Positions 13,596 to 28,489 of a DNA stretch of 64,000 nucleotides are shown here, in pieces. Source of the DNA: the human T2T-CHM13v2.0 reference genome, Homo sapiens; assembly GCF_009914755.1 (NCBI RefSeq), contig NC_060931.1, one strand, 5' to 3'. The translations under genes and the position numbers were made by a program. The notes below the pieces were generated by a model that saw nothing but the letters and a program-made list of their open reading frames with translations, searched no databases and was not told the DNA's origin. The stretch's first letter is position 1. Every line of letters starts with the position of its first letter.

Positions 13596-13763
13596 TAGGG
13601 TTACCAGATAAAATATAGAACACCCAGTTAAATTTGAATTTCAGAGAAATAAAGAAATTTTTAAATATTAGTGCAATATTTGGATATACTTATACTAAAA
13701 AACAAATGACTCATTTGTCTGAAATTTCAAACTGTGTTGCCATTGTTGAATCTGGCAACCCTA
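13596..13763. mobile_element. MER53 hAT MITE
   Basis: TIRs TAGGGTTACCAGAT / ATCTGGCAACCCTA; internal inverted tgaatttcaga / tctgaaatttca. Confidence 0.85.
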
Positions 13764-14027
13764 TCTCCATGGGTAAATTTAACCGGAAAACCGGAAAGCA
13801 GGGCACAGTGAGAGTTGCCATCCATAAAACTCCCAGGGCATGGAGCAGGATGGAGACATGGGATCTGGAGAAAGGAAGGATTTTCAAAGTTGGAAAATAA
13901 TGACATGTTACATGATCTAGTGCAGAGAAAAAAATGGATAATTTAAGAGAAATTGAAGGCATTCACTAGAAGCCTTAGAAAAGAGCGTGCACTTGTTATC
14001 TCTCGTGACAAGAGTACAGGTAGCATA

Positions 14028-14662
14028 TGTGAGCAGATCTTTACAATGGCCTACAAGCAGGACAGGATATTCCCCTGCCATTGCCATTTGGTTGTCATCT
14101 ACTACTCTCCCCCCTCACCCTTCTTGCTCCCAAAACAATGGCCTCCTTGTTCCCTGCTATGGTTTGATAAGCAAGAATGTTCAAAGGTGGCCCTGGAAGC
14201 TCACTTGGGGTGACCTACACAATGAATTGTTTGGAATGACACTGATCTGGCAGACGGGGCTTCCCCAAAACTTAGCTTTCCTTGGGTCTGTTGGCTTCTT
14301 TCCCCGACAGGAGGGGCTACAAATACTCATGGACCCCAAGATCCCCAAATAACTTTAGCAAACATCTTACACCTCAAATCCCACCTGCTTGCCTCCAAGC
14401 AGCACTTATTTCCCACTGAGAAGGTCACCCTCACCTTCCCAGGGAATTGAGTCACTCCATGGGAGGACAAGCCCGTTGTGTGTCAAACCCCAGCGTGCCT
14501 CATCATGAGATGAAGAGAGATTAGGAAATTGTATGCCGTTTCCAATCCTGTGGACTCCTCACTTGTAAGATTCCCTAATAAAGCCTGTTCCTTACTTATT
14601 CTGTAGATGTCGTGCAGTTTATCTTTGGCTCAGCTGAACAATCCCATATCAACCCAAGGACA
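14028..14662 (+). mobile_element. Possible old ERV solo LTR
   Basis: TG...CA ends and AATAAA about 80 bp before the end; family not recognised. Confidence 0.4.
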
Positions 14663-14679
14663 TTCAATATGGATGACCC

Positions 14680-15050
14680 CTTGAACATTCCAAACGTGCT
14701 CCTGCCTTTGTACCTGGTATACACATCACTTGGTGTATATTCTACCTGTAATATACTTTCCCAAGATAAGTTTATGGAGCATTCCCTCACTTCCCTCACA
14801 TCTCTGCTAAAATATCTCCTCATTAGAAAGACCTTCCCTGATAACCAAAAATGAAATAGTAATTTGATCTCCCCCTGCAGCTTTCCTTTTTATATTCTAT
14901 ATTTTATTTGTGTATTGTCTGTCTTCTCCAACTAGAATGTAAATTACTTGAGAACTGACACTTTATTTTGTTTCCTGATATACTCCCAATGCCTAGAAGA
15001 GTACCTAATATGTAGTAGATGCTCAAAAATATTTGTTGAATGGATGCATG
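14680..15050 (+). mobile_element. L2 3' end
   Basis: ctagaatgtaaa...gcctagaagagtacct...gctcaaaaatatttgttgaatg. Confidence 0.75.
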
Positions 15051-15149
15051 CAAGAAAAAAGATGGCAATTAAGTGGACAAGGAATTGTAGGCATAGCAAG
15101 ATTGAAAATTAGAACTTCTTCTAGGAAGTTACATCTGTGAGAGGGCAAG

Positions 15150-15750
15150 AGAATATAGTATTTTGGATTAGGTTGGAAGAGATGGGATAGGAGAGAATCC
15201 TATTAGGATAATTAGGATAATTTTTGGAGAAGAGGTTGATAGGGCTTGCTGGTGGATTAGATTTGGTGAGTACAGGGAAGAGAAGAGTCAAGGATAACTC
15301 TCATCATGAACAGTTGGGTGGATGGGCTTTCCATTTACTGAGATGGAAAAGGCTTACAGAGAAGCTGACTGGGGTGGTTTTGGAGGAAAATCAAGAGTTT
15401 GGCCATGTTATGTTTGAGATATCTGGTAGACATCCAATTGTAGATGTCAAGTAAGAATTGGTTATAGTAGGTTTAATTTGCAGTGAAAAGTCAGTGATGG
15501 AGATGAAGATGTAAGTTTGGGAGTTCTATATAATTTTCAAAATCAAGGGACTGTTTCAATTCACATAGAGAAAATACCTTGAAAGTGGAAAGAAGGGAGG
15601 CTCAGAAAGAGAGTCCTGTGATTGCCAGTAGTCAGAAGCCAATGAGAAGAGAAAAGGCAAACAAAAAGATGGAGAAGGAACAGTCAATGAAGAAGTAAAA
15701 TAAAAACAGAAGTGTGCTAAGTCTTGAATAAGAGAAAAAAAGTGAAGATG
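15150..15750 (-). mobile_element. L2 fragment
   Basis: Purine-rich antisense L2: ccatttactgagatgg...tttgagatatctggtagacatcca. Confidence 0.65.
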
Positions 15751-15759
15751 CGGAGGTTA

Positions 15760-16290
15760 ATTAGTGTAAATTTTATGGAGGGAAAATGGCAATATGTATC
15801 AGTGTCTTAAAGATAATCACACTTTTTATTAAGTAAGTCAACTCCTAGGAATCTAGCCTATAAAATTCTAGAACTGGTGGAATAAGATTTATACACAAGA
15901 GATTTTCACTGAAGCATTATTTCATAATAGCCAAAGATTATGCACAACATAAATGTCCAAAAATAGGGGATTGGTTAAATAAATTGTGATACAGCCATAC
16001 AATTGAAAATTATGCAGTCATTAAATTATGTTTATGAAGAGCTTTTAATGAGCTAAAAAAATGCTTATAAGATGATATAATGTTGAGTGAAAAAATAGCA
16101 TGCAAAATTTTATATACAGGATCATCTCAATTATTTACTCATACATACTCATTGAAAATTGCTGGAAAGAAATATGCTAAAATATTTTGAATGGTTCCCT
16201 GTAGGTTATAGGATTATGAATAATTATTATTTCTCTTTGTTTTAAAATTGCATTTTGAATCATCATGTATTTCCTCTATAAGCAGAAAAC
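15760..16290 (+). mobile_element. Old L1 (L1ME-like) 3' fragment
   Basis: ctcctaggaatcta...taaatgtccaaaaataggggattggttaaataaatt. Confidence 0.6.
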
Positions 16291-16462
16291 ATTAAAAAAA
16301 TTCTTCCTTACATTGAGTTGAAATCTCCCTCCCTCTTATCTAAGTCATTGCTTCCTGTGCCTCCATAGAGATAGAGGGGTAAGCAAATCTACTCCTTCTT
16401 ATATAGGACAGTGTTCGAATATTAGAAGAGAGCTGCGAACCAAGAATTTTAGCTTTACCTGT

Positions 16463-16862
16463 TGATATAGTTTGACTGTGTGTCCTCACCTAAATCTCAT
16501 GTTGAATTATGATCTTCAGTGTTGGAGGAGGGGCCTGGTGGGAGGTGATTGGGTCATGGGGGTGGATTTCCCCCTTGCTGTTCTTGTGATAGTGAGTGAG
16601 TTCTCATGCGATATGATTGGTTGTGTAGCACTTCTCCTATCACTCTCTGTCTCCTGTAGCCATGTGAACTCTCTCTCCTGTAGCCATTTGAAGACATGCT
16701 TGCTTCCCCTTTGCCTTCCACCATGATTGTAAGTTTCCCGAGGCCTCCTCAGCCATGCCTCCTGTACAGCCTGCAGAACTGTGAGTCAATTAAACCTCTT
16801 TTATCTATAAACTACCCAGTCTCAGGAAGTTCTTTATAGCAATGTGAGAATGGACTAATATA
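16463..16862 (+). mobile_element. MST (MSTA-like) MaLR solo LTR
   Basis: TGATATAGTTTG start, ...gaatggactaata end; perfect 5-bp TSD CCTGT (16458-16462, 16863-16867); small internal tctcctgtagccat duplication. Confidence 0.92.
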
Positions 16863-19800
16863 CCTGTGACTCCACATCACCCTGCCTTTCAAGCTCCTGA
16901 ACAAACCATCCACATTTCATCCACAGCTCCTAATTGTGTTTTCTATGCCATTTACTATTACTAAATGCTTAGCCTCTCTGAACTTCAGTTTTCTCACATG
17001 CAAAGTGGGGATAAATTGCTGGGATGACTTCATTTCATGAAATCCTATGTAATCTAAGTGCTATACAAATTAGAAGGCGTGAACACTCATGAAAGGATGA
17101 TCTGAGAGAGAGTGGAAGGGAGGGAGAAGAGAGGAAACTGGAGAGTGCCCAGCTTGTCAGTAACTAAGGAAGTGGCCATGGCCACTCATCAAGGCTCCCC
17201 TCCATCAAGGGATTCTGATAGCTCCTGAACTGCCTCCCCAGAGAGTCAGAAAGAAGTGAGGTGAAAAATACAAGCACCTTTGACATGTGAGTAAGCACAG
17301 CCTGTATGCAAAAATGAATTCTTTCCACATTGAGATCTTCCCATTCATTCCACATACCCATCCCCTAATGTGACAGGATGCCCTGGGGACTTGTGTTGCT
17401 TGCAGAGATGCGTGTCATGCAAGGCAGGTGTGGCCCTTCTCCAGTGAAGTGGCTGCATCTCCAACATTGAGATCTTACCCACATGGCCAATTCCTATCTC
17501 TCTCAAATCATGCCACTCCTGGGTATTCGTTAGGATTCTGCTCGGCTCCCAGCTTATCCCTGAAGGTTGGAGCCTGACAGACACAAATCCATGTCATTAC
17601 TCTAATAATTGTTTACTCACTATGAGACTTCAGCCATATTATTAATTTTTCTGACCCTTAATTTCTACATTTATAAAGTATGCTTAATAATAACTACTTC
17701 TTATGGCTCTATAGATTCAGTGAGTTAACATATATAAAGTTCTTAACACAGTCTATTATACAGGAGAAAATTCATATATCTTAGTTTTCTCCTTCTCTCT
17801 TTTTATCCTGTCCTTTTTTTCCTATATGTCACAGAAATCATTCCTGTTTTCATAATTTCTTTTGCACTACCTTCTGCCTAAAATAGTTTCTCCTATTTCT
17901 CTGAAAGTCCAGATCCTACTCATCCAAAATGATACTCAGGCCATAAACTCCATGTGAACTTCTTTCCTGAAATATTTCTTCTTCCCCTGAATACATGCAG
18001 AATTTATTTATTCCTCCCTTTTGGAACTTGTCGGTTCCTAACTTGTGCTTCTGCTTTGTAGTTGTATTTCTTTCTATTGGCTAAAATAGAACTCTTTGAG
18101 AGCTGGAGTGACGGTAGCATGATGGATCTGTAAGGTCTTGTAATCTCACATGACTTCATTTTAAATATGGAGAAACTGAGACACAAAGACATGACCTGCA
18201 TATTCCCAGGTTGCATATTTAGTTGAAGACAGAGCCGGGAGAGGGATTAGACTTTCTGACAACTTTGTCCAGTGGTTCACACCAATGAAAGTGGCTGATT
18301 TGCTGCAGGACTCTTTATCCTGGAACATTCTCTGCCCAGGGCTCTCCTTAATCAAAAGGCAGTAGAGTAGCAGTTTGGGACTTGAAGTCTGATACTTGGG
18401 CTTAGCCCCTGTTGCTGCTGAGTGTGGAGTTTCTCTTAGGTCATTTTCTTACTGTAGATCAGTGAACTGTTGTTCCTCTCTTCCCCAGCCTTCGCCAGTC
18501 TCTTACCCCCACCGGAATGATGACTTAGCCATTTGGGAAAGGAGGTATAATAAAAGGATTAAAAATTACCCCCCACCCCTACTCCAGGACTGGAGGATAA
18601 GACAGTTCTCAAATTTGATTAAGTGAATGGCTAGGTGACTATTTTCTGTGGGAGGTCAGGCCCTGACCATGCTTTTGAGTTAGGTATTCTGGTTTATTCT
18701 TGATGGTCAACTGATGACTTCTGTTTTCTCTTTGCCCATGAAAGGAATTTTTTCTCCAAACTGAGCTGAAATATCATAGGTATAATATGGGTCGATCAGA
18801 AAATTTATTGATAATTTACAATTAAGGGCCCAAGTACTGCTACAATTTTTGTTTTCAAACCAACATTTCTATCTGTCTTCTTTAGAAGGTTCTCTAATTA
18901 ATTGGCATGTAAATGAGGCATCAGGGCTCTGGGTTTATCAAGGGCTTCGCATAGTTCTCAAAGACTTTCTCATCTCATTTTCAAGGCAATTTGCATACTT
19001 TCACTCCTAGTTCTCCTTACACTTTTCTTTGAAGAAACCTCTTATGCCCGTGGGTGTTCTGTGTCTACAACTCCCTTGACCTAACACTTGTGCTTTACTT
19101 TCTCTTGAGCAATGACATTGCCTTAGGCAAAAGTGACAAATTTCCATCACTGATGAGCCTCTTGAAAGGCTCAGAGAGTGTCTCGGGTACTGGTTTGAAT
19201 TTATCTAGAGTTGGGGCTGTACATCCTGTCATCTTTAGCCATTCCAGGCACAAATTAAAGAAAAATGTGTTCTTCCACATGGAAAGAAAATAATCCTTCA
19301 CAAATAAGGTTCCTTTCATTTTGCTATGCTAATGAAATTTAGATGGATCTAAATCTTTTCTTCTTTATTCTTACTATACAAATGGCATTAAACAGTGATG
19401 TACTCATGGAGGACGAGTCACTGCCTCTAGACCTAGATTTTGGTCACATTCTATTTGTTGTGGAAGAAAGGAGATGGTCACCTTTTTCTGCAGTTGAGTT
19501 TGGTACTTACTGGCCGTTACTTCTTATAAAGCTAAAATCATTTTGCTTTGAGTGCTTAGATACCCATACTGTTACCCTTTCAACTAGTATTCAACAAATA
19601 CTAGTTGAATGACATTACATGCTAGCCACTGTGCTGAAATTTAATGACAGACAATGTCTGCCTCTAAAGATTTGATGGTTTAGCACCAACATTGATATTG
19701 TAGGGGGATGGAATAGGCCAAGAATTAGGAAATGTGAATGATGGTCCTGGTTTTATCATATTTTGTGGCCTGGACGTCTCACAAGTGAGGAAACTGGGTT

Positions 19801-20882
19801 CAAAATGTAAATCCATGTTTCATCAATTTAAGATGCTGTTGAAGTAGGAAGAACCGTATTTAATGTGCCACTAAGATAAAATAAAAACTGCTTACTAAGC
19901 TATGACAAAATGCTTTTTTATCCAGGTGGAATTTTTATTGTATATATACTGGGAGAGCTCTTTTAGACTTATTTAAACATCAGTTTTCTTCAATCATATA
20001 TCCTTTTTTGGTACACAGCAAGGAAAAATCGAAACAGAATCAAACACTCTTCATAGTTATAGTCTTCTGAATCAGTTGTTAGCTCAGGGCTGTTGAGCTA
20101 ACACTTTTCCACTCAACATCATCATCTGCATCATCAAGAATGCTAATGATGTATGTTTCTTTGAAAGAACATGCCACTTTTGGTTTTAGCATTTTCTTTT
20201 GAAGCTACTGACATTCATTATGCAAGTTTTGACCTTGACAGTTTCTTAGTTTTACCAGAAGGTTTCAACTGGATGTTTTCAGGAAACTACCAAGATTGAT
20301 ATTCCCCCTCAAATGGTCTTTGAATGCTTTCTTTGTTGACTGAAAGTTTCAACAATTGAAGTTACTCGATTATCCTACCAGTAATAAGACGTGCTCATGC
20401 ACAGGCAATCTCAACTACTTTAAGCCTGCCACCTGGTTGACAATAGTTGGAAGACACCCAGTTTTCAGAGATGCTAACATGTTTGTGGGTGTGAGAGTGC
20501 GTATTATAAATGATGACTTGAAAGACAGCCTAACAAGCCATTCTAACCTATGAGAACTAATTGGTACAGCAGTCATAGATGTGACATGGCAAAGCCAGAC
20601 TTCTCCACAGCCTCCATCTCTAGGAAGCAGGAAAAAGAGGACTGGGCATGATGCTTTTCATTGTTAAATTATTGGAGATGTCCTGGTGCCATGAGTGATG
20701 ACTCAGGAGAGGGAGAGTGCCTGTATCTTCTTAGCATAATAAAGTCAAGGTACTAGTTCTTAAGAAAGAATCAAGCTGTCTTAACACAAGAGATGTGGAT
20801 CTCTTACATGTACTAGAGAAGAAGGGGATGTAAGTTGGAAGTTAATTCTAGTGGTGGCTAAATGTGTTTATGTGCTATAAGC

Positions 20883-21030
20883 CTTGCTATTTGAAGCATG
20901 GTCCAAGGACCAGCAGCATCAGTACCACCTGAGAGCATGGTAGAAATGCAAAATCTTAGGCTCCACCCCAGACCCACAGACTCAGAACCTGCATTATTAC
21001 AACATCTCCACTACAGTCTGAGAAGCACTG
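20883..21030. mobile_element. MER5A
   Basis: ggaccagcagcatcag...tagaaatgcaaaatcttaggctccaccccagacc. Confidence 0.8.
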
Positions 21031-23248
21031 TATAGGGGAGAGTTTTCTCCCTTCAGGCAAGCACACACACACCCCCTCAGGGACACCAGAGCTCATTAAC
21101 CCTTGAGAAGGAGATAGCCAATACTTGAAGTTGTTAAGTATATAACCCTGTTGAAGATTGTAATGATGGCTAAGCTTTAGTAGATTTTCTAGGGAGAAAT
21201 GGGGAGTCCCAGTTTAACAAAATTGGAGACAGAACTGGACTCTATATGAAGCGGGATTTAAAGGGAGAGGCCTGTGGGATGCAGAAAAGAAAAGTTTTGT
21301 AATGACAGCTATCCCAGCGGAACACCCTCTGAAAGCCTGCCGGGAGAATATTTGAGAACTGTCTCCCTTAAAGACCCAGTGGGACACTTTACTTTGATAC
21401 AAGGCACACGAGGGACAGATCAGGACAATGCCTAATTTCCCCCACCCACGTCTACTTGGAGACAATTTTTGAACTTTCACATAAAAAAAAAATCTGGAAA
21501 AAGTGTCTTTCAAACTTTCAGATATGTTTGACTTCCAGGTCACAGTAGGAGATATGCTATGCATTAGATAAGACTGAAAAGTTGCATAAAACGGTAGTCA
21601 CCCTTCCTAGGTGATGCACCCTGATATTTTCTTCTATTATATTTCATTTTTTAAAAACTCCCAATGTGACCCACTAAGTTGATTTTATGATCTCCCAGTG
21701 GGTCACGGCCCATAAATGAAAATACACTAGTACAGCTGTCTTCATTTAGAGGAAAGAGAGTAGTGGTATTAGGAACAATTTGAAAAGAAGCATTCCTTCC
21801 TGTCTAAGTTCCAGTGAGATCAGGACTATCCTCAGTGTAGACACCCAAGTGGCCTGTGTACAAGAGCCCACAGATAATGCAGTGATTCCACTCTGCTGGC
21901 TCCCGGAGGAATGTCTAGAGACACGTTGTATGGAGGAGAAGAAATAAGGAGGAGCAGAAGCATCAGCATTTGCCACTTCCATGTGGATGACATCAGTAAT
22001 TTGGTCCAAGGGCAAACTTTCGTGTTTGCACAATAATCATCACAAAGAAGTTTTTTTTATCGTAGGACAAAAAGTTAAAGTGAAAATATTTAGTACATTT
22101 TCTCTCAAATGGGCTTTGTATGAATAAGGTTTTGAGAGGATCCAAGAACAGACCAGATTGATCACCTTAGCAAGAACGATGGGCAGAGAGGGAAAGAAAC
22201 AGAGAGGAGGCCAGAAGGACCAACATGAGAGAGCAGAGAGGAGACGGAGGGACAGGGGAAGTTTGAGAATGAAAGGAGACTGGAAACCCTGCTATGCAGT
22301 TAAGATGGTTTTTATTTAAAGTGTGGTATAATCCCTTCCTTGACATCCTACCCATCTCTAAGAAAACCTTCAGAAAAGGGCTATATTCCCCTTTAAAGCT
22401 TTTGTAGATATGTGTGTGTGTGTTGGGGGTGGGATGATGTGAGGATGGGTATTTTGTGTATGATAAAATAAGCCTTACAGTCATAGTCAAAAGGCCAATT
22501 TAATTCCGATTGCATAAGTAAAGTAAAATCATAGTTGTAACTAGTAAATTGACTCTGCTGATTGAGCAATTGAGAGGAACACCCAATAATAAAGAATGAG
22601 TGAGTTACAAGTGGGTTTCAAAGACGTTATCTGTAGATTTGATTTACGCTCCTAAGTATTTGCACACAAGACTGCAGATGTTTCCCTATAAACATTTTCT
22701 TAGCAAGGTCAAAGAGGGCCCGGTGAACAATGTAGTCTTTGTACACTTAAAATTTTAATATGGCTTTTTAAGTTTCTGAAGGCCATATCAACTTTGGTGT
22801 CTGAGATCTCTTAATGGACTACAGGGTCTAATCTCACAAAGGTCAAAAGCTTAAAGAGAAAATTGTGATTATTTTTATTTCCACAAAATGGAAAGAAACC
22901 CATAGAATACTCATAGAACAAGAGATCCTCCTCCTTCTTAAAGTCAAGTTCTCAGATGCTCTCAATTGATTAAAAAGCTTTAGAATAAGAAACGAGGCTA
23001 AAACAACATTTAAATGAGACTTTTGGGGGACAATCTAGTGTCACACACGAAGTTGAATGAACCTGTATTTCCCTAAAAGGAATGCTGGGCATACTCAGAG
23101 TGCTAAGATTATTGAGAACCGTCGCATTATTGAAGTTTAAGTTATCAGGAGAAAGCTATTTATTGGGCTTTCCTTGAACCCTAGAGCTTGATGAGATCTC
23201 TAATCCCTCTCAGCAGATAAAAGCCGTGAAGGATGAAGTAATGTGTGA

Positions 23249-23267
23249 TATCCACTAGGGGGCAGTA
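23249..23267 (+). promoter_or_regulatory. CTCF motif (forward)
   Basis: TATCCACTAGGGGGCAGTA; core matches CCASYAGRKGGCRS; not in an obvious repeat. Confidence 0.6.
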
Positions 23268-23925
23268 AAAGCTGCAAGTGTTCCCAAGGCAGGCTCTTTA
23301 GAATAAGGTTTTAGGAGTCATGATGAGGAAGTAAGAAAAGATCCCTAAGATCCCCAAAGACAACAGATGAGCTCTCACCATGCTCCTGGTGTCACAGTGC
23401 TCTGAATGGATGTGAGAGGTAATGGGTTTGTAGCCTTCTCTGAGAATGCCTAGATAAGAACACACAGGCTCATTTCCTTCTTTTGACCTGTTGCAGAAAT
23501 AAGCCAAACAGAATGTGCATACAAGCTCAGAAAATTAGTACCTGAAGTAATTTGTGCTAGCAGCTAAGGATGACAGACAATAGGCCAATCAGAACTTAGG
23601 TAGAATAGAAAATTGCAACCAACCCTCTGAGCATTATCTTTCTTCTATCTACTGATAATCATTGGGAATTATATTTCTCTTACCTTAAATATCATAATCT
23701 TCCTGATCTTCAAATGAATTGTTTTTGCAGCAGCACCAAGCTCTGTGTATAGAGATAAAGGCTAAATCTCTGACACTTTGGTCTTCTGCCTCTAAACCAT
23801 CCTACTGCTTTCAAGAGTTCAGCTCTCTTCTCTGTCCCATTTCCAGTCTCAGTTTCATCATCGTAAAATGCAGGACTTGACTTTATGTTTTCTTTGATTT
23901 TCAAGTCTCCATCCCTGTCATCTTC

Positions 23926-24120
23926 CAGTGCTGTTCTGGGGTCACCTCCCATCAGTCCCCACAGGCAGTTCTTCCCAACTCTGCATTCAGTGACTTCAGG
24001 TTGGCAGCATAAAATCAGCCATGGTGGAAGCATTTACGCCGCAGAATTGGCAAATGATATAAACCAGGGTGCTTTCCTTCCTGGAGAGCCAGTTGTTAAA
24101 CATTTATCAGCATACCAGTA
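23926..24120 (-). mobile_element. MER63-type hAT-Blackjack element
   Basis: ggagagccagttgttaaacatttatcagcatacc terminal sequence. Confidence 0.65.
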
Positions 24121-24288
24121 AACCTCTCTCCATTCAAGTTCTAACTTTCAGCCTGATAGACATAACTATTTGAATGTATCATGACCATCTCAAACTGTAC
24201 TGGCAAAAGGTAAAACCTGAGTCTCACATTTGTTTCCTTTTCCTTCTCTACCCTCTGTCTCTTTTGAGAAAGAAATGACACATTTTTC

Positions 24289-24582
<294 letters not shown>

Positions 24583-25560
24583 AGAAATGGTGCATTTTTC
24601 AGTCAGCTAAGCATATAATCTTGGTATCAGCTTTGGTTTACATTTCTCTACCTACTGAGGCTATGCACAGTCGTAAAGATTGTTCCTTTGAAGTCTCTCT
24701 TAAAGTCACCCTTTTTTTCTCATTTCCCTTGCCAACATTTATCATGTCACACCTGAATTTATTTAAGAAACTTCTAGGTTTTTTTTTTTTTTTTTACTTC
24801 TGTCCCCTCCAATCCTATAAGTGGCAACAAAACTTTTCTTCAATCATGTCTTCACCCCAATAAAAAAACTCTCATGGCTCTGCCTCTCTGATAATATTTC
24901 ATGTCTAACACCCTCTGCCTGGTTTATAAAATTCCCTCCAACCTGGCACCATGTCAGCCATCTCACAATTTTTCTTGCTCTGTCCCATCCCTCTGCCGCA
25001 ATGACTCTTCCTGTCATCTCACATAAGCCTCATTTCCCAAGCTGTTCTCTCAAGGACTCGGGACACCACTGTCTGCAGCTGTAGGAGAGAAATAAAGGCC
25101 GTGACAGCTACCGATGCATCATATTAACCTCCCAGGCTTAATCCTGCGATAGGGCTGCTCTGAGTCCGCTCATGGACCCCATGAACTTTCCTCCTTTTCC
25201 ATCCAGCTAAGCTCCACGTCTAGGCACTGCCTTCTTGTTTTGACTCCTTTGGGGATGCTAACCTGATTCTGACCTGTTTCAGTGATTTTGGTGGCCCCAC
25301 TGAGAAGAGAATCCTAGAGGACGCTGGTCCTAGGCTGTGTGTATACTTTGTTTATATTCTAGTAACTCAACAGGCTGAACATTTTGGGCCCTATATCTTG
25401 TGCATAGAGAGAGCAGACATACTTATTTACTCCTGTTGCCCCTTCTCGTTTCTTCATTAATTTATTCAAATAAAGTTTGATAAACACATACTATGTGTCA
25501 GGCACTTGGACGGGCAAAACAGATGCAAAGCGGAAGAGGCCTGATCTCAGATTTCTGGAA

Positions 25561-25866
25561 CAAGGGCTGAGAAATTATGACATGTGAGCCAAATCCAGCC
25601 CACTGTCTGTTTTTGTACAGCTCGTGAGCTAAGAATGGTTTTGACATATTTACATAGTTGAAAAAAGATAAAGGAAAAATAATATTTATTGGCATGTAAA
25701 AATCATATAAAATTCAAATTTCAGTGCTGATGAATAAAATTTTATTAAAACGCAGGCATGTCCATGTGGCAAGGTACTGTTTATGGCTGCTTGTGCACTA
25801 CAACAGCAGAGCTGCATAGTTGTGACAGAGAATTTAGGGCCCAGAAAAAGTTGGCTGACCCTTATT
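25561..25866. mobile_element. MER58B hAT-Charlie element
   Basis: gccaaatccagcccactgtctgtttttgtacag...gagctaagaatggtttt...ttggctgaccc. Confidence 0.8.
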
Positions 25867-26941
25867 CTAGGATCTCTTTATGAGTGAGTGAGGTAGACAT
25901 GCAAACAGTTAATTACAATATACTTGGATGACTAATTTGATGGTGGTAGAAACAAGAGGCAGTGGGAGGAGAGGAGAAAGTCCCCGCAAGAAGCTGCATC
26001 TGAGAGCTCATGTTAGAATTGCTATGGAAGGTGAAGAGAGGCTCGCCATTCAGATCGGGTGGGGAAGGCACTAGAGCATTACACCAAAATTATGAGGACA
26101 GGAGAGAAAGAGAACATTTTCATGTGTCTGCAGATTTGAATACATAAAAGAGAACAGGTGATAAAGCAACTTAGATACAGCATATTGAGAGTTTCTGAGT
26201 GCTGTTCTGAACAGTGCATTCCAGGCCAGCAGACCCCAAGTCATTGTAAGTCTTTGTGCAAGGAGTGAAAAGAACAGGTTTACCATTTAGAAGGATCACT
26301 TAGTCACCTACTGATTTAAAATGACTCAATTCAAGATTTAAAGTTCATTTTGTCCTTCTTGAAAGTTCAATTTGGTCTATTTAAATTCTTGTCCATCCTT
26401 TAAACTTAGCTGAAGTCTTACATCTTTCATAAGAACTTTGTGAGTTTTTCAATCTTTCTTAATCTCATTCATTAGAATGCCTTGAGATGTGTTCAATAGA
26501 CTTTAGAATATCAATATGCCTTTGTTTGTTTTTACTGCCATTTTCAGGTATGTGAGAGAATATTGTTTCCTCTCTTTCTCTTTTTATTACCTTTTCCCTC
26601 CATTCATTCAGCAGTGAAAAGGCAAGGTGAGTACAATATAGAAGAGATAAATTGATTAAGGTGCTAAATGGATTTGTGAAAATCTATAGATAAATGAAAT
26701 CACCTAAAAGAGACTAATTGATAGGCTATTAGGCCAAAGCAAGACAAAACCACAGCCGTGTAACAGCTGTATAGATAGACTGTGTTGCCTAGAAGGTCAG
26801 TTCCAGAAACAGACACAAAAACTTCTTAAGTTCTAAAGGAAACGCCTGTCAGAGTACTGTTCAAGGAAGAGGGGTTCATGCCAAGAGCTGTTGGATAATC
26901 TGGGGTCACTGGAAAAGCAAGTCTTGTTCTGGGAAAGAGTG

Positions 26942-27422
26942 TGTGGTAGATTACAAATGGCCACAAATTATTTGCTACTTCTCCCCTTGAGGGCTGGCAT
27001 CTGATTTCTCACCCATTGTTTCTAGACTGGCCCTAGTGAGTGCAGCAGAGGTAATAGTCTGGGACTTCTACCCAGGGTTTTTGGAACTCTGTCTGTGGAA
27101 GCCATGTAAGAAGTCTAAGTATCCTGAGACCAGCATCTAGGGGAAGCTCCATGAGGGCCCTCTGATTGGAAGCCCTAGTGGAGACCAGTCTTACAGCCAT
27201 CCACATCAAGGCACTGGGTGTGTATGAGAAATCCTTTTGGACCTTCTAGACTGCACATCTGGACACCGGTTGACCTCTGATGCCACTCAGAGCAGAGAAA
27301 TAACCCACCCAAGCCCTGCCGAAATTCTTGACCCATAAATTTCCGAGATAAAATAAAATGATTGTTGCGTTGAGCTGTTAGGCATTGGGGTCATTTGTTA
27401 CACGGCAATATATAACAGAGCA
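26942..27422 (+). mobile_element. MLT1 (G/H-like) MaLR LTR
   Basis: TGTGGTAGATTACAAATGGCC start; tttgttacacggcaatatataac end; TSD gagtg/gaatg. Confidence 0.75.
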
Positions 27423-28489
27423 GAATGCTACAAACTAGTTTAGCTGAAAAACAGTTATGAAAACATCAGTTTCCCTTAAATTTTCATTCATCACGTGCAC
27501 TGATGATATGAAGTATTAAGGTCCATCTAATGGATACGTTTCTTAGTATAAATTAATACATTTCATTCATTTTTATTTAGGCTCTTGTGAGTTGGGACAA
27601 TGTAAATTCTTCACAATGTAGATTTTTCATTGTGCTGATAAAAGCACATTTCTGGATCATATAAATTCACTATGGTAAAAATCCAACCTTGTAAGATTCT
27701 GGGGCAACCAGTTGACCTTTAATGATGATACCCTGAGTTCACTTTTACCTTTCAAACTTCAACAGGGTTATAAGTATTTTCTGTTTTAATTTTATTTATT
27801 TATTTTTCTACCACTTATTTAGGTCATTCACTGTGCAAGTTTCCTTACACACATTCTGCTGTTGATGTCTCACAATACTTCATTTCACAGAAGAGAAACC
27901 TCACACAGAGATAACTTATGGCACTTGTTCACAATCACACAGCTACTGAAGATCAAGAAACAGTCTTTGGTCCCACATCTGTCTTAGTCCAATGCCCACG
28001 AGTGCAAACATCACCCCACAGGACACCCAGGGGCTGAAAGCTCTTACCATTGTCTTGCCATAGTTTGGGGCACAAAATAGGTACTCAGTAAATATTGATT
28101 ATTTGAATAACTGGTTTCTAAAACATACTAACTTTAACTACAGATGTCTTCCCTCTCTTCTTTGTGTGCTGCTGGAAGAACATTATAAATGAAATAGGAT
28201 GCATACGTGATCTGTTGTCAGCCAATGAGAACTTTTGTCTTGAACTTTTGCTCAGAAACCCAAGCTTTGTCTTGAAAGCACCAAAAAAAGGAGGAAATGA
28301 AGGCAGTGGGCACATGCCCTGGAGCTTCATTTTCTCCAAAACTCTTGGTTAGATGCCGCATGGGCATGTACAAAGACCACCTGAAATCTACACATATGCT
28401 TTAATAAGAGACAGAATGACTCTTAGACTAAGCACATTTCTTCCAGGAACCCTGCTTGGTGGAGGGTTTTAACATAGCTCCCTACTCCT

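Noticed and set aside
13596-13763. MER53 as a miR-1302-like hairpin (TTTGGATATACTTATACTAAA near 13679)
   Set aside because: About 3 mismatches to the recalled mature sequence, including the seed, and the complementary arm is partly deleted
20699-20705. Isolated AP-1 heptamers (also near 14448, 26322, 57391)
   Set aside because: Several are expected by chance in 64 kb; no supporting context
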